Shown: positions 1 to 9,494 of the stretch, piece by piece
Layout: the number at the start of each line of letters is the position of its first letter
How positions within the stretch are numbered: the first letter of the stretch is position 1
Source: a bacterium
Lineage (GTDB): Bacteria > Hinthialibacterota > Hinthialibacteria > Hinthialibacterales > Hinthialibacteraceae
DNA: 64,000 nucleotides
Assembly (NCBI GenBank): GCA_963662285.2
Contig: CAXXMV010000008.1
Location: 256,001-320,000 of the forward strand
Reading direction: 5' to 3'
Notes under the pieces: model-generated
Database searches by the model: none
The model's input: only the letters and a program-made list of their open reading frames with translations
Told to the model about the DNA's origin: nothing
Position numbers and translations under genes: made by a program

Positions 1-225
1 GATCCTGCTCAGTTCCCTACCCTGACCGTCAAGAAAATCCCGAAAGCGGTTTTGAAGAAATGTGAATGGGGCCATGACGATTATAGCCTGGAAATACAGA
101 ATCTCCCCAAGGCTCCTCCAGAACCGGAAGAGCAGGCAGAAGACGAGTCTGCGAAACCCCGGCGGAAATACGGCAAATCAAAAACACCCCAGGAATCACT
201 ATTCGACATGGAAGGTGACCAATGA
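1..225 (+). CDS. mod: Type III R-M methyltransferase (Mod), C-terminal fragment, partial at window edge
   Basis: Frame 1 reads DPAQFPTLTVKKIPKAVLKKCEWGHDDYSLEIQNLP...DQ*, a C-terminus I recognise from Type III Mod proteins. Its TGA overlaps the res ATG (ATGA, 222-225). Not in the ORF track. Confidence 0.75.
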   Translation, partial: DPAQFPTLTVKKIPKAVLKKCEWGHDDYSLEIQNLPKAPPEPEEQAEDESAKPRRKYGKSKTPQESLFDMEGDQ

Positions 226-2921
226 GTATTCAACACATCAATGCCATTAGCAATCGCTTAAGTTTACGCCTTCCTCAGCGGGATTCTCTTGAGATTCTGG
301 CTCGTGTGTGCGAGATAATTTCCCTAGAAAAAGGTGGCGACACAGCCCAAACCTTGGCAACGATCAAAGGAGAGTTTCCAACTGTCGAGGATTTCGAGCG
401 CGATTTTCCTTCCCTATGCTTTGCCATTGCCACAGGCGTCGGCAAGACGCGTTTGATGGGTGCTTTTATCAGTTACCTGTACTTGAGCGAAGGCATCCGC
501 CATTTCTTCGTACTCGCACCCAACCTGACGATCTACAATAAGTTGATCGCTGATTTCACACCGAATACGCCGAAATATGTTTTTAAAGGCATTTCCGATT
601 TTACGGTCAATCCACCTCTGATCGTAACAGGAGAAAACTATCAGGATGGGCGTGGGATCAGAAGAGATGGTTATTTAACAAACGAAGAATGGGAACTGGA
701 TGTCCATATCAATATTTTCAATATTTCAAAAATCAACAGTGAAGTACGCGGTGGGAATAGCCCACGTATCAAGCGATTAAGCGAGTATATCGGGCAAAGT
801 TATTTTGAATACCTCGCAGGATTGGACGATCTGGTGATGTTGATGGATGAATCGCATCGCTACCGGGCTAGCGCCGGAGTTAAGGCGATCAACGAATTGA
901 AACCCATCCTGGGACTAGAACTAACTGCTACACCACAAGTGGAGCGCGGTAAGCGTACTGATCTTTTCAAAAACATAATCTACAGTTATCCCTTAAGCAG
1001 TGCGATGACCGACGGTTTCGTAAAAGAACCAGCAGTTGCGACACGGGAGAACTTCAATGCTGCGAACTACTCTGAAGAAGGCCTGGAAAAGATCAAACTT
1101 GAAGACGGTGTTCGGATTCATGAAAATACAAAAGTCGAATTAGAGGTGTACGCTCGGAACAACAATAAGCAAATATTCAAACCGTTCATGCTGGTTGTAG
1201 CCCAGGATACAACACATGCCAATGCGTTACAACAGCTGATGGAAGATGATGCTTTCTTTGAAGGACGATATAAAGGCAAAGTAATTACTGTTCACTCTAA
1301 CGTGCGCGGCGAAGAAAAAGATGATGTCATAGAGCAGTTACTAAATGTTGAAAATCCGGACTCTCCAGTTGAGGTTGTCATCCACGTCAATATGCTCAAA
1401 GAGGGATGGGACGTTAAGAATCTTTATACCATTGTCCCCTTACGGGCAGCGAACTCCCGTACCCTGGTGGAACAATCCATTGGTCGCGGTCTGCGTTTAC
1501 CCTACGACAAGCGAGTTGGCGTCTCTGCGGTGGATCGCCTAACTATCGTATCTCATGAAAAATTTCAGGAAATCATAGATCACGCCAACGATCCAAACTC
1601 AATCATCCATACAGGAGTGATTATTGGAAAGGATATACCAGAGGAAAGTAAGAAGGCTGTAATTGTAGAATCAAAGTTTGAGAAAATCATCTCAACGCCC
1701 CCGCCAAAGGCTGGAGAAAAAGGAAAGGCTCCAGATACTCCCAGCCTCTTCGAGAAACCAGAAGAACAGGAAATAGCGAAGACTACGTTTCAGGTTATTC
1801 GTCAATACGAACGTCTCCGTGGAAGCGAACAACTTCAGGACGCAGATATCCAGAAGGAAATCATCAAAAAGGTTGAGGAGATTGCCCAGCCCAAACTCGG
1901 ACTTCTATACGATAGTCTTGACGAAGATACCATCGCAAATATTGTAAATGAGACCACAACACTATATCAGAACCTCTCCATCGACATTCCAAAAATCGTT
2001 GTTGTGCCTAAAGGTGATGTGGTCGCTGGATATCAGGAATTCGATCTGGATACAAGAAACATCAACCTACAACCTGTGGCGCAGGACATTCTCATTCAGC
2101 ACCTGCATGATATGAAGCGATACAAACTCCGTAACGGATCAGGCATAGTTGAAGAGAAACGACCAGAAGATTACCTAGTACGCGGATTGGTCGATTTCAA
2201 TGATATCAGTTATGACGATCACGCAGCATTGCTCTACAAACTGGCTGCTCAGGTCGTAGCGCATCTGCACTCCTACTTGAGTGAAGAAGATGACGTGGTG
2301 AATGTGTTGCAATATCACCAGCAATCTCTTGTTAACCTGATCCACTCCCAAATGCAGGATCATTTCACAGAGACATCTGCATCTTATGAGGCTCATGTTA
2401 CAAAAGGATATCGTACTTTGCGTCCTAATAACTATACCGCTGGTGCTGAACAAGCGGTTCGTGATTTCAGAATGCCTATCCCTGATGGCGAGAAAAATCA
2501 AATCAAAAACATGATTTTCGACGGATTCAAAAAATGCTTATATCCAATACAAAAATTTGATTCCGATTCAGAAAGACGTTTTGCAGCGATCCTTGAGAAC
2601 GACGAGGTTGTCCTAAAGTGGTTCAAACCTGCCAAAGGTGATTTTCAGATTCACTACAGCCATGATAAATCGTATGAACCGGATTTTGTCGTTGAAACCA
2701 CTACCGAGAAATATCTCTGTGAACCCAAACGTGCATCAGAAGTTTCAGATGATATCGTTCAATTAAAAGCTGATGCAGCGGCGGTATGGTGCGAACATGC
2801 CACGCTTCACTCAAAGAATTTTAACGGTAAGCCCTGGAACTATCTTTTGATTCCTCATGACCAGATATCCGAGCAAATGAGTTTAGCAGGTCTGGCAGCC
2901 AAGTGTACTTATGTAACGTAG
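222..2921 (+). CDS. res: Type III restriction endonuclease subunit (SF2 helicase plus PD-(D/E)xK nuclease)
   Basis: Walker A ATGVGKT, DESH, LELTAT, MLKEGWDV, QSIGRGLR; C-terminal YEPDFVVE...CEPK. Confidence 0.92.
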   Translation: MSIQHINAISNRLSLRLPQRDSLEILARVCEIISLEKGGDTAQTLATIKGEFPTVEDFERDFPSLCFAIATGVGKTRLMGAFISYLYLSEGIRHFFVLAPNLTIYNKLIADFTPNTPKYVFKGISDFTVNPPLIVTGENYQDGRGIRRDGYLTNEEWELDVHINIFNISKINSEVRGGNSPRIKRLSEYIGQSYFEYLAGLDDLVMLMDESHRYRASAGVKAINELKPILGLELTATPQVERGKRTDLFKNIIYSYPLSSAMTDGFVKEPAVATRENFNAANYSEEGLEKIKLEDGVRIHENTKVELEVYARNNNKQIFKPFMLVVAQDTTHANALQQLMEDDAFFEGRYKGKVITVHSNVRGEEKDDVIEQLLNVENPDSPVEVVIHVNMLKEGWDVKNLYTIVPLRAANSRTLVEQSIGRGLRLPYDKRVGVSAVDRLTIVSHEKFQEIIDHANDPNSIIHTGVIIGKDIPEESKKAVIVESKFEKIISTPPPKAGEKGKAPDTPSLFEKPEEQEIAKTTFQVIRQYERLRGSEQLQDADIQKEIIKKVEEIAQPKLGLLYDSLDEDTIANIVNETTTLYQNLSIDIPKIVVVPKGDVVAGYQEFDLDTRNINLQPVAQDILIQHLHDMKRYKLRNGSGIVEEKRPEDYLVRGLVDFNDISYDDHAALLYKLAAQVVAHLHSYLSEEDDVVNVLQYHQQSLVNLIHSQMQDHFTETSASYEAHVTKGYRTLRPNNYTAGAEQAVRDFRMPIPDGEKNQIKNMIFDGFKKCLYPIQKFDSDSERRFAAILENDEVVLKWFKPAKGDFQIHYSHDKSYEPDFVVETTTEKYLCEPKRASEVSDDIVQLKADAAAVWCEHATLHSKNFNGKPWNYLLIPHDQISEQMSLAGLAAKCTYVT

Positions 2922-3016
2922 CGAAGTAGGGTGGGCTAAAAGCGCCAGCGTACCATGATTTAGAAAAAAAGCGACGTCGATTCAGTGAGTCAAAAAGCGC
3001 AACCCACCCTACAGGG
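2922..3016 (+). repeat. GTAG-type REP/REPIN-like element, copy A (both ends present)
   Basis: GTAGGGTGGG (2926) and CCCACCCTAC (3003-3012) form an inverted pair; segments are shared with copies at 3656, 4567 and 6397. Confidence 0.75.
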
Positions 3017-3058
3017 CTGAATATTTATTAAATAATATTTTGCTTAAGGTAAGAGTAT

Positions 3059-3655
3059 ATGAAAACTTTGGGATTTACTCTGATCGAATTACTGATAGTG
3101 GTTGCAATTATTGGGATTCTTGCGGCGATTGCCGTACCCAACTTTTTAAATGCACAGGTTCGGGCCAAGGTCGCTAAAATTTTCGCTAATCAAAAAGCCG
3201 TAGCGACAGCATTGGAGATGTACCGGACGGACAACAACAGCTACATTCCAATGTATGCCTATGGTGGAACATTTAATGACTATGCGCCTTACAGAGCATT
3301 AACCACCCCCGTAGCCTATCTATCATCTCTAGAAGCCGTGAACAATCCATTCGCCAGCATCCAGCATAAGAACACTGCGGAAAATACTTACGACCAAAAG
3401 TATGAATACACGCCAAGAAAGTATGGTCAGGGAACTAAGGTCCCGGCCCTTTCTGATCTGAACGCCGATATGTATCTATTGGAGGGAGTTGGGCCATCCC
3501 AAATAGACGGTATACCCGGCAGTCCTAATTATCCCGGCAAACCAAGCAGTTTTGCGCCTTACGATATGAGCAATGGATTAAAAAGTTTAGGCGCGATTTT
3601 CATTACCGGCGGTGTTTATACGCCAGATTGGATTAAGGCCAATAAAGCTTTTTAG
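3059..3655 (+). CDS. Prepilin-type N-terminal cleavage/methylation domain protein (pilin/pseudopilin-like)
   Basis: G|FTLIELLIVVAIIGILAAIAVPNF class III signal peptide. Confidence 0.9.
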   Translation: MKTLGFTLIELLIVVAIIGILAAIAVPNFLNAQVRAKVAKIFANQKAVATALEMYRTDNNSYIPMYAYGGTFNDYAPYRALTTPVAYLSSLEAVNNPFASIQHKNTAENTYDQKYEYTPRKYGQGTKVPALSDLNADMYLLEGVGPSQIDGIPGSPNYPGKPSSFAPYDMSNGLKSLGAIFITGGVYTPDWIKANKAF

Positions 3656-3727
3656 CGAAGTCGGATGGGATAATGCGAAAGCGTGTCTCATCGTTTCAAT
3701 TAACCTATACATCGATAAATGAATTTC
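3656..3727 (+). repeat. REP-like element, copy B (left part, degenerate)
   Basis: Starts cgaagtcggatggg directly after the TAG, as copy A does; catcgtttcaatta.cct.t.catcgata.atgaatttc is shared with copy D. Confidence 0.65.
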
Positions 3728-3822
3728 CTTAATACATTGGGAAGAACGCTTTATCATCCCACCGCAAGATTTGTCTAAGATATCATTCCCTAAAAATAAT
3801 ATGAGTAAACTCATTTTATATA

Positions 3823-3851
3823 TTGACAAGGGTGTATTTGCGGGATAAATT
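3823..3851 (+). promoter_or_regulatory. Putative sigma70 promoter
   Basis: TTGACA-N17-TAAATT upstream of a GGAGGT RBS (3901) and the ATG at 3914. Confidence 0.5.
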
Positions 3852-3913
3852 TTGAGTATACTCATTATTATAAATAAAGAGGATTGGATTGAGTTTTTCA
3901 GGAGGTAAAGCAA

Positions 3914-4543
3914 ATGTGGACCATCCGTATAGTGTTGTTTGTTGTGTTGCTAGCATTGGACGGCATTGGCGCTTATCTGATAAAGTACCGCAGCCAATAC
4001 AAGAGACTTTTCGAAAGCACTGTTTTCAATACGGTGCTTGTGGTATTCGGTAACTGCGTTATCTATCTGATTGTCATCCTGCCGCCTGATGGAGGTTGGA
4101 ATGCGCGGCCTGATTGGATGCAGCACGCCAGCGTCAGTATTGGTTTCCCGGTTATGGGATTGCTCTTAATCTGCGCCGGGGCTTTTCTGGCTATCGCCAC
4201 CCTTAAACAACGAAAGGTTATTGGTCTCCAGAATGTCGAAGAAGGATTGCTGACGTCGGGCTTATACAAGTTTTTAAGGCATCCCATCTACACGGGGATT
4301 ATGTGTTTTACCCTGGGATTGGCGCTCTTGCTCAGAAATCCGGATGGACTGCTGATATTTCCCGCTATCTTGACGTGGATAATTGCAGGAACGTTTTTTG
4401 AAGAAAAACGCGATATGTGCGTCAGATTCCCCGAACAATATCAACAATACAGGCAAACCACAAGAATGTTTGGCCCTATATGGATTTGGATAGTGTTGAT
4501 TCTAACCTTATTCGCCCTAGCAGGCATTGGAATCTTAAATTGA
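3914..4543 (+). CDS. Isoprenylcysteine carboxyl methyltransferase / PEMT-family membrane protein
   Basis: Multiple TM segments; LLTSGLYKFLRHPIY, EEK and Y..Y...T motifs. Confidence 0.85.
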   Translation: MWTIRIVLFVVLLALDGIGAYLIKYRSQYKRLFESTVFNTVLVVFGNCVIYLIVILPPDGGWNARPDWMQHASVSIGFPVMGLLLICAGAFLAIATLKQRKVIGLQNVEEGLLTSGLYKFLRHPIYTGIMCFTLGLALLLRNPDGLLIFPAILTWIIAGTFFEEKRDMCVRFPEQYQQYRQTTRMFGPIWIWIVLILTLFALAGIGILN

Positions 4544-4566
4544 CTTATAACAAAGGGCGCTTAGTT

Positions 4567-4604
4567 GATTCGGTGGGTCAAAAAACGCGACCCACCCCAC
4601 GGGG
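4567..4604 (+). repeat. REP-like element, copy C (right hairpin)
   Basis: gattcGGTGGGTCaaaaaacgcGACCCACCccacggg; matches the right arms of copies A and D. Confidence 0.7.
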
Positions 4605-4812
4605 CTTATATCATAAGTAATAGCATCAAGGGCTAACCGCTATACGGTCTTTCACTTGGCGCCCGCAATAAACAACAGTTTGAAAACCAACCATTAAATT
4701 CAAATTTACCTTTACTATCAAGAAAATACGATATAACCTCATGAAATAACCGAATAATTTGTTGGCCGATACGTTGAAAATGAAAAGAAGATTTTGAAAC
4801 CGTGAGTATAAA

Positions 4813-5637
4813 ATGGAAATAACTACTGACATACATCTTGGAGATTGTAAGGATCAGTTAAAACTACTCCAAGACGACTCGATTGACCTTGTGGTAACAT
4901 CACCGCCTTACGCAGACCAGCGCAAAAATACATACGGCGGCATCCGCCACGACAAGTACGTGGAATGGTTTTTGCCTATTTCCGAACAGCTATTACGCGT
5001 CCTAAAACCAACGGGAACTTTCGTCTTAAACATCAAAGAAAAGGTAGTGGAAGGGGAGCGCAGTACCTATGTAATGGAACTTATTTTAGAAATGCGTAAA
5101 CAGGGATGGTTGTGGACCGAAGAATTTATCTGGCATAAGAAAAATTGCTATCCAGGTAAATGGCCTAACCGTTTTCGTGATGCTTGGGAAAGACTGTTGC
5201 AATTCAATAAAAACCGGAAATTCAATATGTATCAGGAAGAAGTAATGGTTCCAATGGGCGACTGGGCCAATGCAAGACTAAAAAACCTTTCAGACACCGA
5301 TAAAATCCGTGATAACTCAAAAGTTGGAAGCGGATTTGGTAAAAACATTTCAAACTGGATTGACAGAGATAAAGCCTACCCGACAAACGTTTTACATTTA
5401 GCAACCGAATGCAACAACAAAAATCACAGCGCATCCTTTCCAGAAGAGTTGCCGGAATGGTTTATCAAACTTTTTACCAAAGAAAATGACATTGTTCTTG
5501 ATCCATTTATGGGTTCTGGAACAACTTTAGTTGTCGCAAACCGGATGAAACGAAATTCAATAGGCATCGATATTGTTCCAGAGTATTGCGAAATGGTGAG
5601 AAAACAATTGGAATCCGTTGAAGTATATCTGTTTTAG
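4813..5637 (+). CDS. Type II DNA methyltransferase, beta class (probably N4-cytosine)
   Basis: Motif IV TSPPY lies N-terminal to motif I VLDPFMGSGTT; HSASFP motif present. Confidence 0.9.
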   Translation: MEITTDIHLGDCKDQLKLLQDDSIDLVVTSPPYADQRKNTYGGIRHDKYVEWFLPISEQLLRVLKPTGTFVLNIKEKVVEGERSTYVMELILEMRKQGWLWTEEFIWHKKNCYPGKWPNRFRDAWERLLQFNKNRKFNMYQEEVMVPMGDWANARLKNLSDTDKIRDNSKVGSGFGKNISNWIDRDKAYPTNVLHLATECNNKNHSASFPEELPEWFIKLFTKENDIVLDPFMGSGTTLVVANRMKRNSIGIDIVPEYCEMVRKQLESVEVYLF

Positions 5638-5650
5638 CCAAAGGCGAATT

Positions 5651-6397
5651 ATGGAAAAACTAAACCTAAAAGATGTAACTCAGTACGTTAAACAAAATAT
5701 CGGGACATTTCACCAAAAGCGTATTCAAAGCCTTGACGGATTAAAATTGTCGCAGGTTCTCAAACGGAAAAATCCCTATCTATTCAAAGCAAAATATGTG
5801 TTGACTGCTGAACAGATTATAAAAGGCTTAATGGATGCGCATATCTCATCGAACGAAGAAACTATTTTTGGAGATTGGCTGGAAGGACTTGCAATTTTCA
5901 TCAACGATAAGGTTTACGATGGACGTAAATCAGGCATAAAAGGCATTGACCTTGAATTTGACAACAAAGGAACAAGAAACATCGTAACAATCAAATCGGG
6001 ACCTAATTGGGGTAACAGTTCACAAATTGCAAAAATGGCAACAGATTTCAAGACTGCTAAAAAGACGCTGAGAACCAGTAATTCAAAATTGAACATAGTT
6101 GCTGTAAACGGTTGCTGTTACGGTAGAGACAACAAACCCGACAAGGGAAACTATTTCAAATATTGCGGTCAACGCTTTTGGGAGTTTATATCAGGTGATA
6201 GCGAACTGTTTACAGAAATCATCGAACCACTTGGGTATAAAGCCAAAGAAAAGAATGATAACTTTGTAAAATCGTATTCGCAAATGATTAACATTTTCAC
6301 CAAAGAATTTTCAAATATATACTGCAAAGACAATGGAGAAATTGACTGGGAAAAATTGGTTCGATTCAACTCTGCGTCAGTACAACCAAAGAAATAA
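5651..6397 (+). CDS. Type II restriction endonuclease (EcoO109I/PmeII-like)
   Basis: KRKNPYLF, SSNEETIFG, GIDLEF...IKSGPNWGNSSQ; directly follows the MTase. ATG at 5651 preferred over the ORF-track start at 5618. Confidence 0.75.
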   Translation: MEKLNLKDVTQYVKQNIGTFHQKRIQSLDGLKLSQVLKRKNPYLFKAKYVLTAEQIIKGLMDAHISSNEETIFGDWLEGLAIFINDKVYDGRKSGIKGIDLEFDNKGTRNIVTIKSGPNWGNSSQIAKMATDFKTAKKTLRTSNSKLNIVAVNGCCYGRDNKPDKGNYFKYCGQRFWEFISGDSELFTEIIEPLGYKAKEKNDNFVKSYSQMINIFTKEFSNIYCKDNGEIDWEKLVRFNSASVQPKK

Positions 6398-6491
6398 AAA
6401 GCGCCAGCCTATCCCATCGTTTCAATTAGCCTGTGCATCGATATATGAATTTCTATGATTCGATGGGTCAAATCGCGACCCACCCCACGGG
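6397..6491 (+). repeat. REP-like element, copy D (lacks left tip)
   Basis: aaaagcgccagc (as copy A), central segment (as copy B), then gattcgatgggtcaaatcgcgacccaccccacggg (as copy C). Confidence 0.7.
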
Positions 6492-6511
6492 ATAAGGTGT
6501 TTCATTCACCA

Positions 6512-7741
6512 TTAATCCTGCAATTCCAATATCAAAGATTCTTCATCTTCTTTGTCCGCTTTCGTGTTGTACATTCTGTCGCGGACTTCCTGAGCCAGTT
6601 TTATCATCTCATCGAAGATGGAGTGCAAGTCTTTATCGTGCAACGCCGAGAAGGTAATAGATGGTTCGCAGGTATGTTGCAAGAATTTTAATAAGGATTC
6701 GTCTTTCACCTGATCGCGCTTGTTTAATATTGTCAGCAGAGGTTTATCATCAGCTTCCAAATCTCTGAGAACGTCATTCACCACTTCGATATGCCGTTCA
6801 GCGTCTTCGCAAGACGCGTCGAGTACGAGGATCAGCGCATCGGCTTCAACCACTTCGGCCAGCGTTGCGCGGAAAGCGCCTAGCAAAGGCGCGGGGAGGT
6901 CTTCAATGAATCCCACCGTGTCCGATAGTAACAGGCGGGTTCCGTCATTTAAGAATAAACGGCGCGTAGTTGTATCAAGCGTACAGAAGAGTTGATCTTC
7001 GGCTGCAACTTTGGATTTGGTCAGCCGGTTAAGCAGCGTCGATTTGCCAGCGTTGGTATAACCGACGAAGGAGACAGAAATCAGTCCTGCACGTTTGCGC
7101 GACCGGCGTTGTACTTTACCTACCTCACGGCATTTTTTGTATTCTTCTTTCAGTTTGCTTATGCGGATATCGATACGGCGGCGGTCGACTTCGAGTTGGG
7201 TTTCACCAGGTCCACGCGTCCCGATACCACCGGCCAGTTTGGAAAGTTCGCGTCCCCGCCCGATTAATTTAGGTTTCAAGTATTGTAATTGAGCCAGTTC
7301 GACCTGGATTTTTCCATCCCGCGTCACGGCGTGTTGAGCGAAGATATCAAGGATCAACTCTGCGCGGTCAAAAACTCTCCGGTCGAGCGATTTTTCGAGG
7401 TTCCGTTGCTGTATAGGAGTCAAGTCGCAGCCAAAGAGAACAATATCGATAGAGTTGTTATCGCGGTTATGTGCATCGATTTCGGAGTGGGATTTTATAA
7501 ACTCAGCAATTTCTATAACTTTCCCACTACCGATTAAGGTTTTGGCGTTTGGCGCCCGCAGATTCTGCGCAACAACCTCGACGGTTTGTAATCCAGCCGT
7601 GGTTGCAAGTTGAATCATTTCATCCGCCAGGGCTTTGTGATGCGCTGGGGTTTGTTCCGGCCGGTTGGCCATAATCAATAACGCCCGTATGGCATATACG
7701 CTCTCGCTATTCGATTTCGAATTGTATCCCTTTTTCGTCAT
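6512..7741 (-). CDS. hflX: Ribosome-associated GTPase HflX
   Basis: GIGTRGPGETQLEVDRR, GYTNAGKSTL, DTVGFI, NKRD; GAGG RBS before ATG 7741. Confidence 0.95.
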   Translation of the reverse strand: MTKKGYNSKSNSESVYAIRALLIMANRPEQTPAHHKALADEMIQLATTAGLQTVEVVAQNLRAPNAKTLIGSGKVIEIAEFIKSHSEIDAHNRDNNSIDIVLFGCDLTPIQQRNLEKSLDRRVFDRAELILDIFAQHAVTRDGKIQVELAQLQYLKPKLIGRGRELSKLAGGIGTRGPGETQLEVDRRRIDIRISKLKEEYKKCREVGKVQRRSRKRAGLISVSFVGYTNAGKSTLLNRLTKSKVAAEDQLFCTLDTTTRRLFLNDGTRLLLSDTVGFIEDLPAPLLGAFRATLAEVVEADALILVLDASCEDAERHIEVVNDVLRDLEADDKPLLTILNKRDQVKDESLLKFLQHTCEPSITFSALHDKDLHSIFDEMIKLAQEVRDRMYNTKADKEDEESLILELQD

Positions 7742-8085
7742 AAATAACCTCATTCATTTCTTTGTACACAGTTAAGTTTAACACGACAAACATAACATCC
7801 AGAGTGGTTGCAATAATAATGTTCCGATTCGCGACTCGTAGAAGCCAGAAAAGATAGAATATCCTTCTGTACCGGAAACTATACAAGCCGCCAATGAGCA
7901 AGTTAATTCAATGAATCACGCCAAATTCTTTCGATAGTATTCATATTCATGTCGAAAAACACTAAACGGGACTTCCCCAATCACTTCGCCTGTGGATAAT
8001 TAGAGCGATTCTCAAAATAACGTACGTCAATGCGCATATATTTTTGTTTACCGCTTTAGGTATTATTACAGAAAGAGGAATAACC

Positions 8086-8496
8086 ATGAAATTACATAGT
8101 ATTATAGGATTGTTATTATTGGCCTGCCTGCTCACAGTTGGTTGCGCCACCACGACTTGTAAAAACAATGCTTGCTCCAACCAGGCGCCGGGTTTTATGC
8201 ATATCGTGTTTTTCTGGTATAACCAGGACGCTAACGCCTTTCAGAAGCAGCAATTAGCCGATGATTGCCTGGCTTATCTCGCCAAAGTCAAGACGGTGCG
8301 TAAACTGACCATTGGCGATCCAGCCGGGACGCCGCGTGATGTGGTTGATAACAGCTATGGTTTATGCCTGGTAGTCCATTTCGATGATAAAGCAGGGCAT
8401 GAATATTACCAAACCGCCCCAGAACACCTAGAATTTATCGCCAGAAACAAAAATACCTGGGATCGGGTTCAAGTCTATGACATGATTCCAAAATAA
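8086..8496 (+). CDS. Dabb (stress-responsive A/B barrel) family lipoprotein
   Basis: Lipobox LTVGC; FMHIVFFW...Y...PEHLEF; AGAGGA RBS before ATG 8086. Confidence 0.8.
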   Translation: MKLHSIIGLLLLACLLTVGCATTTCKNNACSNQAPGFMHIVFFWYNQDANAFQKQQLADDCLAYLAKVKTVRKLTIGDPAGTPRDVVDNSYGLCLVVHFDDKAGHEYYQTAPEHLEFIARNKNTWDRVQVYDMIPK

Positions 8497-8691
8497 AACT
8501 GTTTTAGGCGGCTTGCTCTACATGTCATTAGTCAGGAATTGTGTTATACTTGTGAATACCGCAGAACCGTCTGAATTTGGTCGTTCATACCACTTCTCAG
8601 AATCCCTGAATGGTGCTATCTATTCTATAATTGCGGAAGATTTTAAAATTTTTTCGCCGCGCCCCCATGACGGGGGTTGAGGAGGTAAATT

Positions 8692-9315
8692 GTGGCTTCA
8701 ACAATACTCAAAGATATCGAAGAGGAAATGGAAGAGATCCAGATGCTCATGAAGATCTGGAATAAGTTCTATCATATCCTGACTACGACTTTCTACAATA
8801 AAGACGCCGATATCAATAAGCTCGACGTAGAATTTCAACAGGTAAAGCAGATCGTGGCGGAACACCATGGCCACTTTATGAAAGTTATCAAGAAAGACTT
8901 TCATATCGGTCAATCGGTTCTTACCACTGTAAAGCGCACTATATCGCTTGTAGGATTTCAGGATCTCAGCCAACTCGAAATCAATAAAACTTTGATTGAG
9001 TGGCACGAGGCCAACATCCTGCTCAACGAAACGCTTGGTTCTTTGGAATGCGACCGGGATCTTATTATTCGCGGACGCAGTAAAACTAAAGTCCCTCAAA
9101 AAGGTTTTGCTCAAAAAATCAAAGATTTCACTAAAAGTGGATTATTTAAGGCTATAATCAACCTGATAATACTGATTGCCTTGATTGGCGTTTTGGTAAT
9201 GTTCTGGGATACCATATCGCAATCCAAATATTACATAAATTACTTTAAATGGATGGTTGATCCAATTCTTAAAATGATCGGTATTGCAGTTGAAGAAGCG
9301 CCTCCAGCGCAGTAA
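8692..9315 (+). CDS. Hypothetical helical protein with one C-terminal TM segment
   Basis: 207-aa ORF, GTG start with a strong GAGGAGGT RBS, followed by a terminator. Confidence 0.7.
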   Translation: MASTILKDIEEEMEEIQMLMKIWNKFYHILTTTFYNKDADINKLDVEFQQVKQIVAEHHGHFMKVIKKDFHIGQSVLTTVKRTISLVGFQDLSQLEINKTLIEWHEANILLNETLGSLECDRDLIIRGRSKTKVPQKGFAQKIKDFTKSGLFKAIINLIILIALIGVLVMFWDTISQSKYYINYFKWMVDPILKMIGIAVEEAPPAQ

Positions 9316-9356
9316 AAAGCAGGTAAAAGTTTGGATTTAACGAAAAAATTTGATAC

Positions 9357-9383
9357 AAAGGGCGCGGTTTCCGCGCCCTTTTT
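9357..9383 (+). terminator. Rho-independent terminator
   Basis: aaagggcgcgg-ttt-ccgcgcccttttt. Confidence 0.8.
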
Positions 9384-9494
9384 CGTACGATCAGAGATAT
9401 AATTTCATTTTGATTTTGGTTTTACGTTACTAATACTCACCATGAAACGGTTTTAAGATAGAAGAATACAAATTAATACTGGTATTAATAAAAA

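Noticed and set aside
62-250. 62-aa ORF, and the many short antisense or nested ORFs in the track
   Set aside because: They overlap well-supported genes (here the mod C-terminus in frame 1) and lack motifs or an RBS.
2922-6491. Repeats between genes read as a CRISPR array or integron attC sites
   Set aside because: Spacing is gene-length and the copies are degenerate; there are no clean RYYYAAC/GTTRRRY pairs and no cas or integrase gene.
7754-8085. Possible hfq or leader peptide upstream of hflX
   Set aside because: No Sm-like ORF found; the short ORFs there have no recognisable motifs.
8497-8691. Possible structured RNA in the intergenic region
   Set aside because: Only a small hairpin before the RBS; no riboswitch or 6S consensus recognised.
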